This document shows positions 17,729 to 29,366 of a stretch of 64,000 nucleotides of DNA, piece after piece. The notes under the pieces were generated by a model. The model did no database searches, had not been told where the DNA came from, and saw only the letters and a list, made by a program, of their open reading frames with translations. The position numbers were made by a program, and so were the translations under genes. This stretch comes from Pseudolysinimonas sp. (GTDB lineage Bacteria > Actinomycetota > Actinomycetes > Actinomycetales > Microbacteriaceae), in contig NZ_JBQCHS010000024.1 in the NCBI RefSeq assembly GCF_051954455.1, positions 44,122 through 108,121 of the forward strand, in the 5' to 3' direction. Within the stretch, counting starts at the first letter, position 1. Every line of letters begins with the position of its first letter.

Positions 17729-19450
17729 ATGCCGGAAACAACGCCCGAATCGGCCGCGCCCGCCGTCGACTGGAAGCCGCGCAGCCGCACCGTCACCGAC
17801 GGCATCGAGGCCATGACGAGCCGCGGGATGCTCCGCGCGGTCGGCATGGGCGATGAGGACTGGGAGAAGCCGCAGGTCGGCATCGCGAGCTCCTGGAACG
17901 AGATCACCCCCTGCAACCTGAGCCTCGCCCGCCTCGCGCAGGCCGCCAAGGAGGGCGTCCACTCCGGCGGCGGCTACCCGCTGCAGTTCGGCACCGTCTC
18001 GGTCTCCGACGGCATCTCGATGGGCCACGAGGGGATGCACTTCTCGCTCGTCAGCCGCGAGGTCATCGCCGACTCCGTCGAGACGGTCATGCAGGCGGAG
18101 CGCCTCGACGGCTCGGTGCTGCTCGCGGGATGCGACAAGTCGATCCCCGGCATGCTCATGGCCGCCGCCCGGCTCGACCTGGCGAGCGTCTTCCTCTACG
18201 CCGGGTCGATCGCGCCCGGCTGGGTGCGCCTCTCCGACGGCTCGGAGCAGGACATCACCATCATCGACTCCTTCGCCGCGGTCGGCGCCGTGCAGGCCGG
18301 CCTCATGAGCGAGGAGGACGCGCACACGATCGAGTGCGCCTTCGCGCCCGGCATGGGCGCGTGCGGCGGCATGTACACCGCCAACACGATGGCGTCGGTC
18401 GCCGAGGCGCTCGGCCTCTCGATCCCCGGCAGCGCGAGCCCGCCGGCCGCCGACGGACGCCGCGACTACTACGCGCGCCGCTCGGGCGAGGCCGTCGTCG
18501 AGCTGCTGCGGAAGGGCATCACCGCGCGCCAGATCCTCACCAAGGAGGCGTTCGAGAACGCGATCGCCGTCGGCATGGCGCTCGGCGGGTCGACGAACAT
18601 CGTGCTGCACCTCCTCGCGATCGCCCACGAGGCGGGGGTCGAGCTCGACCTCGACGACTTCAACCGGATCGGCGCCAAGGTCCCGCACATCGGCGACCTG
18701 AAGCCGTTCGGCCGCTACGTCATGAACGACGTCGACCGTCGCGGCGGCATCCCGGTGCTCATGAAGGCCCTGCTGGATGCAGGCCTCCTGCACGGCGACT
18801 GCCTCACCGTGACCGGCAAGACCATGGCCGAGAATCTCGCCGACATCGACCCGCCGAAGCTGGACGGCACGGTGCTGCGCACCCTCGAGGACCCGATCCA
18901 CGCGACCGGCGGCCTCACGATCCTCAAGGGCTCGATGGCGCCCGAGGGGGCGGTCGTCAAGACGGCGGGCTTCGACAAGGCGACCTTCGAGGGCCCGGCG
19001 CACGTGTTCGAGCGCGAGCGTGAGGCGCTCGACGCGCTCGCCGCCGGCCGGATCGCGAAGGGCGAGGTGGTCGTCATCCGCTACGAGGGCCCCAAGGGCG
19101 GTCCCGGCATGCGGGAGATGCTCGCGATCACCGCCGCCATCAAGGGCGCGGGGCTCGGAGCGGATGTCCTACTATTGACGGACGGACGATTCTCGGGCGG
19201 CACAACCGGCCTCTGCATCGGCCACATCGCACCCGAGGCGGTGGACGCTGGTCCCATCGCCTTCGTGCGCGACGGAGATCTGATACGGGTCGATATCGCA
19301 GCACGGACGATCGACCTACTCGTCGACGCCTCCGAGCTGGAGAGCCGCCGTTCCGGCTGGGCTCCCCTTCCCCCGCGTTACACCCGCGGCGTCCTCGCGA
19401 AGTACTCCAAGCTCGTGCGCTCCGCTGCGGAGGGCGCGGTCACGGGGTAG
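17729..19450 (+). CDS. ilvD: Dihydroxy-acid dehydratase
   Basis: The internal ATG at 17729 gives SRTVTDG...[10 protein letters not shown]...[12 protein letters not shown]...[11 protein letters not shown]...[23 protein letters not shown]. Confidence 0.95.
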   Translation: MPETTPESAAPAVDWKPRSRTVTDGIEAMTSRGMLRAVGMGDEDWEKPQVGIASSWNEITPCNLSLARLAQAAKEGVHSGGGYPLQFGTVSVSDGISMGHEGMHFSLVSREVIADSVETVMQAERLDGSVLLAGCDKSIPGMLMAAARLDLASVFLYAGSIAPGWVRLSDGSEQDITIIDSFAAVGAVQAGLMSEEDAHTIECAFAPGMGACGGMYTANTMASVAEALGLSIPGSASPPAADGRRDYYARRSGEAVVELLRKGITARQILTKEAFENAIAVGMALGGSTNIVLHLLAIAHEAGVELDLDDFNRIGAKVPHIGDLKPFGRYVMNDVDRRGGIPVLMKALLDAGLLHGDCLTVTGKTMAENLADIDPPKLDGTVLRTLEDPIHATGGLTILKGSMAPEGAVVKTAGFDKATFEGPAHVFEREREALDALAAGRIAKGEVVVIRYEGPKGGPGMREMLAITAAIKGAGLGADVLLLTDGRFSGGTTGLCIGHIAPEAVDAGPIAFVRDGDLIRVDIAARTIDLLVDASELESRRSGWAPLPPRYTRGVLAKYSKLVRSAAEGAVTG

Positions 19451-19483
19451 CCGCGTCCCGCCTCCGATCTCAAGGACACCTCC

Positions 19484-22829
<3,346 letters not shown>

Positions 22830-22844
22830 CCCTCACCGATTGAC

Positions 22845-22884
22845 GCAGAAGCCCTGTGCGGGAGAGCCCGCACAGGGCTTCTGC
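22845..22884 (+). terminator. Perfect 18-bp-stem hairpin downstream of ilvC
   Basis: gcagaagccctgtgcggg-agag-cccgcacagggcttctgc. It has no U-tail, which is common in high-GC actinobacteria. Confidence 0.75.
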
Positions 22885-22921
22885 GCATGATGGCGGTCGG
22901 CGCGGGCGTAGGGTCGCGAGC

Positions 22922-23551
22922 ATGGAGCATGCGGGCACGACCGTCACCACCCTCGACGAGCTCGAGGAGATCGTCGGCCTTCCTACGGCGCGCGCGGCCG
23001 CCAAGGTGCGCGACCGGCTCCACCCCGTCGACGAGGCCTGGATCGCCGCCACCCCGCTCGCGTTCGTCGCGACCCGCGGCGACGACGGCGGCCTCGACGT
23101 GTCGCCGAAGGGCGACCCGGCGGGCTTCATCCGGGTGCTCGACGACCGGACCGTCGCGATCCCGGAGCGGCCGGGCAACCGGCGCGTCGACGGCTTCCGC
23201 AACGTGCTCGCCGACCCGCACGTGGGCCTCATCCTGACGATCCCCGGCCGCGGCGACACGCTGCGCATCAACGGCCGCGGCACGATCCTGCGCGACGCGC
23301 CGTTCTTCGACGACATGGTCGTCAAGGGGCACCGCCCCCTGCTCGCCCTCGTGGTCGACGTCGACGAGGTGTTCTTCCACTGCTCGAAGGCGTTCCTGCG
23401 CTCGGCGGCGTGGGATCCCGAGACCTGGACACCGGACGCCGCGCCCCGTCGCGCCGTCATCGCGCACGAGGTCGAGCGGCCCGACGACAGCGTCGCCGAC
23501 CTCGACGCGTACTACGGCGCCTCGTACGCGGAGGGCATCTACCGGGGCTGA
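22922..23551 (+). CDS. PPOX-class (pyridoxamine 5'-phosphate oxidase-like) FMN-binding protein
   Basis: The ATG at 22922 gives VDEAWIAATPLAFVATRGDDGGLDVSPKGD...ERPGNRRVDGFRNVLADPHVGLI...RINGRG, as in the MSMEG_1061-type PPOX family. Confidence 0.75.
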   Translation: MEHAGTTVTTLDELEEIVGLPTARAAAKVRDRLHPVDEAWIAATPLAFVATRGDDGGLDVSPKGDPAGFIRVLDDRTVAIPERPGNRRVDGFRNVLADPHVGLILTIPGRGDTLRINGRGTILRDAPFFDDMVVKGHRPLLALVVDVDEVFFHCSKAFLRSAAWDPETWTPDAAPRRAVIAHEVERPDDSVADLDAYYGASYAEGIYRG

Positions 23552-23578
23552 GCCAGCGGATACGGCGGGGACGGCGGC

Positions 23579-24724
23579 TCAGTACCGCGGCAGCTCCGGG
23601 TCGACCTGCACCGCGTAGGCGTCGATCCCGCCCGTGAGATGGCGCACCCGGGTGAAGCCCGCGCGCTCGAGCATGCCGAGAGCGCGCGAGGACCGCACGC
23701 CGTGGTGGCAGTACACGACGAGCGGTGCATCCCGATCGAGCTCGTCGAGCCGCTCCGGCAGCCGCCCGAGCGGGATGTGCACGGCGCCCGGCAGGGACAC
23801 GAAAGAGACCTCGGGATCCTCGCGCACGTCGAGCAGGACGGGCACCGGCTCGTGCACGCCGAGGGTGCTCGCCCCGGCCAGGAGCTTCGCCAGCTGCGGC
23901 GCGGTGACCGAGTGCGAGGTGTCGGGTTCCGGGATCGTCGTGCGCTCCTCGATGGAGCCCGGCCGCGGCGCGCCGTCCTCGCGGTGATACGTGAACTCCT
24001 GGAACGAGCCCGTGCGCGCGTCGTAGACGACGGCGCGGCCGAGGAGCGGATCGCCGCTTCCGCTCAGGAGCTTGAGGGTCTCGGCCGCCATGATGCCGGC
24101 GACGACCGAGCAGACCGCGGGCAGCACCCCGGCCGAATCGCCGTCGGCGTCCTCGACATCGTCGGTCGACGCGTCCTCCGGGTGCAGGTCGCGGTAGTCG
24201 ACCCCCCGCTCATCCCAGGCGACGCCCGCCCGGCCGACCCAGCCGAGCGCCGATCCCCAGACCATCGGGATGCCGCGGACCGCCGCCGCGTCGTTGGCGA
24301 GGTAGCGGGTCGCCCGGCTGTCGCTCCCGTCGACCAGAACGTCCGCGTCGAGGAGCAGGTCGAAGGTCGCGCCCTCGACGAAGCGCTCGACCCGGGCCGT
24401 GAGGTCCGCGTCGGGGGCGAGGCGGCGCAGCGCGTCGACCGCGGCCTCCGCCTTCGGCCTGCCGATGTCGTCGACGCCGAACAGGGTGTGCCGATGCAGG
24501 TGCGACTCCTCGACACGGGCGTCGTCGACGACCGTGATCCGGCCGATCCCGGCGCCCGCGAGCGTCGACAGGACGGCCGAGCCGATGCCTCCCGCCCCGA
24601 CCACGACGACGTGCGCGGACGCGAGGCTCTCCTGCCCGCTCGCGCCGAATCCCTCGAGCGCGCGCTGGCGGACGAACCGCGTCGCCCCGGGATCCACCGC
24701 CATGCCTCGATTCTGGTGGAACAT
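23579..24724 (-). CDS. MoeZ/MoeB-like E1 adenylyltransferase fused to a C-terminal rhodanese domain
   Basis: VVVVGAGGIGSAVLSTLAGAGIGRITVVDDARVEESHLHRH is the ThiF/MoeB nucleotide fold. The C-terminal LLDVRE...VVYCHHGVRS is a rhodanese active-site loop. An alternative start lies at 24703. Confidence 0.8.
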   Translation of the reverse strand: MFHQNRGMAVDPGATRFVRQRALEGFGASGQESLASAHVVVVGAGGIGSAVLSTLAGAGIGRITVVDDARVEESHLHRHTLFGVDDIGRPKAEAAVDALRRLAPDADLTARVERFVEGATFDLLLDADVLVDGSDSRATRYLANDAAAVRGIPMVWGSALGWVGRAGVAWDERGVDYRDLHPEDASTDDVEDADGDSAGVLPAVCSVVAGIMAAETLKLLSGSGDPLLGRAVVYDARTGSFQEFTYHREDGAPRPGSIEERTTIPEPDTSHSVTAPQLAKLLAGASTLGVHEPVPVLLDVREDPEVSFVSLPGAVHIPLGRLPERLDELDRDAPLVVYCHHGVRSSRALGMLERAGFTRVRHLTGGIDAYAVQVDPELPRY

Positions 24725-24746
24725 CCCGAGGTGCGCTCGGCGCCGG

Positions 24747-25433
24747 TCAGTCGGTGTGCGGGCGTCCGATCGTTCCGAGCACCGTGACGACGCCCGTGAT
24801 GACCGCGGCGAGGAGCGCCGGCCAGCCGAGCCCGAGGCGCAGAAGCAGGGCGCCCGCGGCGGCGCCGGCTCCGATCAGCAGGATCGCGCCCGCACGCCGG
24901 GCCCACGGGTGCGTCGCCGTGCCGCGCCCGAAGCGCGAGTCGAAGGCGAGGCCGACGAGCGTCGAGGTGACGACGACGGTCGTGATGTCGGCGACGCCGA
25001 TGTGCCGTGCCGCGCCCGCCTGCATGCCCATCGCCAGCGCGAGCAGCCCGGTGACGACGTAGGCGAGGGCCTGCGGACGCGAGTCGGCGCTCGCGAACGC
25101 CAGGATCGCCGCCGCGAGGAGGAGGAGCGAGACGACGCCGAGCAGCACCGTCGTGCGCAGCGACCAGCCGGCCGGCAGCCCGCGGAGCGTGCGCCCGGAG
25201 ATCGCCGCGCCGACGAGGAAGAGCGCGAGCGCGAGCAGCGGACCCCAGATCGGGAGCCCGTCCGCCCCGGTGAGCGCCATGGCCAGGATGACGACGTTGC
25301 CGGTCATGTTGCCCGTGAAGACGCGATCGAGCCCGAGGTAGCCGACCGCGTCGGCGACGCCCGTCGAGAACGTCAGCGCGAGCATGAGTCCGAGGTGCAG
25401 GCCCGCGGGATGGTCGCGGAGTCGGGACGCCAT
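24747..25433 (-). CDS. YoaK/DUF1275-family membrane protein
   Basis: The ATG at 25433 gives LALTFSTGVADAVGYLGLDRVFTGNMTGNVV, typical of DUF1275, with six hydrophobic helices. Confidence 0.7.
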   Translation of the reverse strand: MASRLRDHPAGLHLGLMLALTFSTGVADAVGYLGLDRVFTGNMTGNVVILAMALTGADGLPIWGPLLALALFLVGAAISGRTLRGLPAGWSLRTTVLLGVVSLLLLAAAILAFASADSRPQALAYVVTGLLALAMGMQAGAARHIGVADITTVVVTSTLVGLAFDSRFGRGTATHPWARRAGAILLIGAGAAAGALLLRLGLGWPALLAAVITGVVTVLGTIGRPHTD

Positions 25434-25466
25434 AGGCTGCAAGCTACCGGAGTCGCGGAGGGCCCC

Positions 25467-26516
25467 TTGACCGTGTTGCAGCCGGGCGCGGGGCCGATCC
25501 GCGCCGACGTCTATCTCCCCGCCGAGCCGGCCCGCCTGTTCTGGGGACGGCTGCCCTGCGCCGTCGACGAACCCGTGCTCGAGGTCGATCCGGGCGTCGA
25601 GGTGACCGTCGACACGCTCAGCCACGAGGGCCTCCTCGACGACCAGGGGTCGGATCCCGCCGCCTACTTCGGGCGCTTCGATGTCGAGGGCGTGCTCGAG
25701 GACGCGATCGCGCTCGCCGCGACGCGCACCCGCCACGTCGACGACGGCCCGCACGTCGTCACCGGTCCGATCCGGGTCCGCGGCGCGCGGCCCGGCGACG
25801 TGCTGTCGGTGCGCATCGTCGAGCTCCTGCCGCGCGTGCCCTACGGCGTCATCTCCAACCGGCACGGACGCGGCGCTCTGCCCGGCGAGTACCCGCTCGG
25901 CGGCGAGAGCGTCAGCGTCTTCGCGCGCGCCGACGGCGATCAGGGGGTCATCGACCGGGTCGAGGGCGGACCGGCGCAGGCGCGCTTCCCGCTCGCGCCG
26001 TTCCTCGGCCTCATCGGCGTCGCCGCGCCCGGAGCGGTCCGGCCGCACTCGGTGCCGCCGGACCGCTTCGGCGGCAACATCGACATCAACCTCCTCACCG
26101 AGGGGGCCACCCTGCACCTGCCCGTGCTCGCCGACGGCGCCCTCGCCTACGTCGGGGATCCGCACTTCGCGCAGGGCGACGGGGAGGTCGCGCTCACGGC
26201 GTTCGAGGCCTCGCTCCGGGCGACCGTGCGCTTCGATCTGACGCCCGGCGACGAGCCGTTCGCCCGGTTCGTGCAGGAGTTCGGCCCGGTCGCCGAGACC
26301 GACGAGCTCATCTGCCCGACGGGCCTGGACCCCGACCTCCGCGACGCGATGAAGAAGGCGGTCCGCGCCTCGATCGCCTACCTCACGACGCTGCACGGCT
26401 TCGACCACGAACACGCGTACGCCTACCTCAGCGCGGCGACCGACTTCCGCATCTCGCAGGTCGTCGACCGCACCACCGGGGTGCACGCCGCGATCCGCAA
26501 GGCCGACCTCGCGTGA
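25467..26516 (+). CDS. Acetamidase/formamidase (FmdA/AmdA) family amidohydrolase
   Basis: GPHVVTGPIRVRGARPGDVL...PFLGLIGVAP...GGNIDINLLTEGATLHLPV...GDPHFAQGDGEV. The start is uncertain: TTG 25467 or GTG 25473 sit behind a ggaggg SD, and ATG 25410 would overlap the divergent yoaK start. Confidence 0.8.
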   Translation: MTVLQPGAGPIRADVYLPAEPARLFWGRLPCAVDEPVLEVDPGVEVTVDTLSHEGLLDDQGSDPAAYFGRFDVEGVLEDAIALAATRTRHVDDGPHVVTGPIRVRGARPGDVLSVRIVELLPRVPYGVISNRHGRGALPGEYPLGGESVSVFARADGDQGVIDRVEGGPAQARFPLAPFLGLIGVAAPGAVRPHSVPPDRFGGNIDINLLTEGATLHLPVLADGALAYVGDPHFAQGDGEVALTAFEASLRATVRFDLTPGDEPFARFVQEFGPVAETDELICPTGLDPDLRDAMKKAVRASIAYLTTLHGFDHEHAYAYLSAATDFRISQVVDRTTGVHAAIRKADLA

Positions 26517-28084
26517 CGGGGCGGCACGCCGCGGCGCCCGAGCCTGAGCCGGAGGGGCTGCGGGAGGCCGTCCTCGGGTACGAGGCGGCGCTCATGGCCG
26601 ACGACGTGGCGAGCCTCGACGACTGGTTCGAGTCGGGACCGGAGACCCTCCGCGGCGACGCCGGCGGGCTCCTCGTGGGTCACGAGGCCATCGCCGCGTT
26701 CCGGCGGTCGCGAGGCGGGGCGGCGAAGCGCACGATCTCGCGGCTCGAGATCCGGGCTCTCGCCGACGACCTCGGCGTGGCGGTGCTCGTGGTCGACCCG
26801 GCGGCGGGCGGCCACGGGATGCTGACCCAGGTCTGGCGCCGCGCCGGCGGCCGTTGGCGGATCGTCGCGGCGCAGGTGGCCGCGCCCGCCCCCGCCGTCG
26901 AGGGGCGGGTCTGGCGGGTGGCGGGCGCGCCGCTCGTCGCCGCACCGGCGGGTACCGGCGACGCACCGCTGGCCGGGCGCTCGGTCGCGGTCAAGGACCT
27001 CTTCGCCGTGGCCGGATTCGCCATCGGCGCCGGCAACCCGGCGTGGCTCGCCGAGGCGGCGCTCGAGTCCGCGACGGCGCCCGCCGTGCAGCGGCTGCTC
27101 GAGGCCGGGGCGACGATCGCGGGCATCGCCCGCACGGACGAGTTCGCCTACGCGATCGCCGGCGTCAATGCGCACTACGGCGCCCCGCCGAACGCCGCGG
27201 TTCCCGGCGCGATCCCGGGCGGCTCGACGAGCGGGCCGGCGTCGGCCGTCGCCCTCGGGCAGGCCGACATCGGGCTCGGCACCGACACGGGCGGATCGGT
27301 CCGCGTCCCGGCCTCCTACCAGGGGCTCTGGGGCCTCCGCACGACGCACGGCGCGGTCGACCGCGCCGGTCTCCTCCCGCTCGCCCCGAGCTTCGACACC
27401 GTCGGCTGGCTGACGCGCGACGCCGCGACGCTGCGGGCCGCCCTCGTCGCGACGCTCGGCGAGACGACCGAGCCGCTCGGCGATCCGCTCGTCGCGCCCC
27501 GGCTCGCCTCCGTCGCCGACGCCGCCGTGACGGCGGCCTTCGGTGAGGCGGTCCGCGCCCTCGGCATCCCCGAGGCGATCGATCCGGGTGACCTCGACGA
27601 GCTGTTCGAGACGTTCCGCGTCGTGCAGGCGGCGGAGGCCTGGGCGAGCCACGGCGCATGGCTCACCGCGCACCCGGGGGCCGTCTCGGGCGCGGTCGCG
27701 GAGCGTTTCGCGATCGCCTCGCGGGTCACCGCCGGTCAGGAGGCCGCGGCCCGCGACCGCCTCGCGGCGCACCGGGAACGGCTCGACGCGCTGCTCGGGG
27801 ATCGCGTGCTCGTGCTGCCGTCGGCGTCGTCCGCGGCACCGGCGCTCGGCTCCGATCTCGAGGCGGCGCGCGCGGCCACGATGCGGCTGACCTGTATCGC
27901 GGGCATCACCGGGCGCCCGGGGCTCTCGGTGCCCCTGCTGCGCGTCCCCGCTCCGACCGGCGGCGACGCGCCGGTGGGGCTCGGACTCGTCGGACCGAGG
28001 GGATCCGACCTCGCGCTCGTCGACGTCGGAGCACGCATCGCGGCCGACCTCGCGCGACACGCGGCCGAAACACCGCGCGACTAG
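26513..28084 (+). CDS. Fusion protein: N-terminal AtzH-like/DUF3225 (NTF2-fold) domain plus C-terminal amidase-signature (AS) amidase
   Basis: GTGA overlap with the upstream stop. The N-terminal roughly 125 aa (YEAALMADDVASLDDWF...WRIVAAQV) is SnoaL/NTF2-like. The AS triad context is SVAVKDLF, GGSTSGPASAV and GTDTGGSVRVPAS. Confidence 0.8.
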   Translation: MTGRHAAAPEPEPEGLREAVLGYEAALMADDVASLDDWFESGPETLRGDAGGLLVGHEAIAAFRRSRGGAAKRTISRLEIRALADDLGVAVLVVDPAAGGHGMLTQVWRRAGGRWRIVAAQVAAPAPAVEGRVWRVAGAPLVAAPAGTGDAPLAGRSVAVKDLFAVAGFAIGAGNPAWLAEAALESATAPAVQRLLEAGATIAGIARTDEFAYAIAGVNAHYGAPPNAAVPGAIPGGSTSGPASAVALGQADIGLGTDTGGSVRVPASYQGLWGLRTTHGAVDRAGLLPLAPSFDTVGWLTRDAATLRAALVATLGETTEPLGDPLVAPRLASVADAAVTAAFGEAVRALGIPEAIDPGDLDELFETFRVVQAAEAWASHGAWLTAHPGAVSGAVAERFAIASRVTAGQEAAARDRLAAHRERLDALLGDRVLVLPSASSAAPALGSDLEAARAATMRLTCIAGITGRPGLSVPLLRVPAPTGGDAPVGLGLVGPRGSDLALVDVGARIAADLARHAAETPRD

Positions 28085-28096
28085 CCTGACGGCACC

Positions 28097-29323
28097 ATGA
28101 GCCCCGCCGTCCCGCCGCCGATCGACCCGCCCGCGCGCCTCCTCATGGGGCCGGGCCCCATCACGGCCGATCCGCGCGTGCTCCGCGCCATGTCGGCGCA
28201 GCTGGTCGGCCAGTACGACCCGGCGATGACGGCGTACATGGCCGAGACGCAGGAGCTCTACCGGGGGGTGTTCCGAACCCGGAACGACGCCACGCTGCTG
28301 GTCGACGGGACCTCGCGGGCCGGGATCGAGGCGGCGCTCGTCTCGCTCCTCGCGCCCGGCGACCGGGTGCTGGTGCCGATCTTCGGGCGGTTCGGGCACC
28401 TGCTGCGCGAGATCGCGGAGCGCTGCGGCGCCGAGGTCCACGTCATCGAGCGCGAGTGGGGCACCGTCTTCACCGCGGCCGAGATCGAGGCGACGCTCGC
28501 CGAGGTCCGCCCGAAGCTGCTCGCGGTCGTGCACGGCGACACCTCGACGACCGTCGCGCAGCCGCTCGAGGAGCTCGGCGCCCTCGCCGCGAAGCACGGC
28601 GCGCTGCTCTACACCGACACGACGGCGTCGCTCGGCGGCAACGAGTTCTGCGCCGACGAGTGGGGCGTCGACGTCGCGACCGCCGGGCTGCAGAAGTGCC
28701 TCGGCGGCCCGTCGGGCTCGGCGCCGATCACGCTGTCGGAGGCGGCCGTCGCGGTGGTCCGGGGACGCACGAGCGTCGAGGCCGGCATCCGGTCGGCGGG
28801 CGATCCCGTCAACCCCGACCCGATCCGCAGCAATTACTTCGATCTGGGCCAGATCCTCGCGTACTGGGGCCCGCAGCGGCTCAACCACCACACCGAGGCC
28901 ACGACGATGCTCTACGGCGCCCGGGAGTGCGCGCGCCTCGTGCTCGAGGAGGGCCTCGACGCGCGCATCGAACGGCACCGCGTGCACGGTGCGGCGATGA
29001 CCGCCGGGCTCGTCGGCCTCGGGCTCGACCTCTTCGGCGACCAGAGCGTGCGGATGCACAACGTCGTCGGCGTGCGGATCCCCGACGGGATCGACGGCGA
29101 CGCGGCCCGCGCCGCGCTGCTGGCCGACTACGGCATCGAGATCGGCACGAGCTTCGGCCCCTTGCACGGCAAGGTCTGGCGCGTCGGGGTCATGGGCTAC
29201 AACGCCCGGCGCGACACCGTGCTGACGACGCTCGCCGCACTCGAGCAGATGCTCCGCCGCGGCGGCGTCGCCGTGCGGGCGGGCGCGGGCGTCGACGCGG
29301 CCCTCGAGAGCTACGCGGCATGA
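28097..29323 (+). CDS. pucG: Class V aminotransferase, (S)-ureidoglycine--glyoxylate / alanine--glyoxylate aminotransferase-like
   Basis: LLMGPGPITADPRVLRAM...VVHGDTSTTVAQP...GLQKCLGGPSG (PLP Lys in QK). The gene symbol rests on context with allC only. Confidence 0.7.
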   Translation: MSPAVPPPIDPPARLLMGPGPITADPRVLRAMSAQLVGQYDPAMTAYMAETQELYRGVFRTRNDATLLVDGTSRAGIEAALVSLLAPGDRVLVPIFGRFGHLLREIAERCGAEVHVIEREWGTVFTAAEIEATLAEVRPKLLAVVHGDTSTTVAQPLEELGALAAKHGALLYTDTTASLGGNEFCADEWGVDVATAGLQKCLGGPSGSAPITLSEAAVAVVRGRTSVEAGIRSAGDPVNPDPIRSNYFDLGQILAYWGPQRLNHHTEATTMLYGARECARLVLEEGLDARIERHRVHGAAMTAGLVGLGLDLFGDQSVRMHNVVGVRIPDGIDGDAARAALLADYGIEIGTSFGPLHGKVWRVGVMGYNARRDTVLTTLAALEQMLRRGGVAVRAGAGVDAALESYAA

Positions 29324-29366
29324 CCGGTGCGATTCGTCGCACGCGCGGCGGCATTCCCGGCCGCGG

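Noticed and set aside
24399-26516. A 705-aa ORF that would be a single giant formamidase-like protein
   Set aside because: Only the last roughly 350 aa carry FmdA/AmdA motifs. The N-terminal half is Arg/Glu-rich junk antisense to the yoaK-like and MoeZ-like genes.
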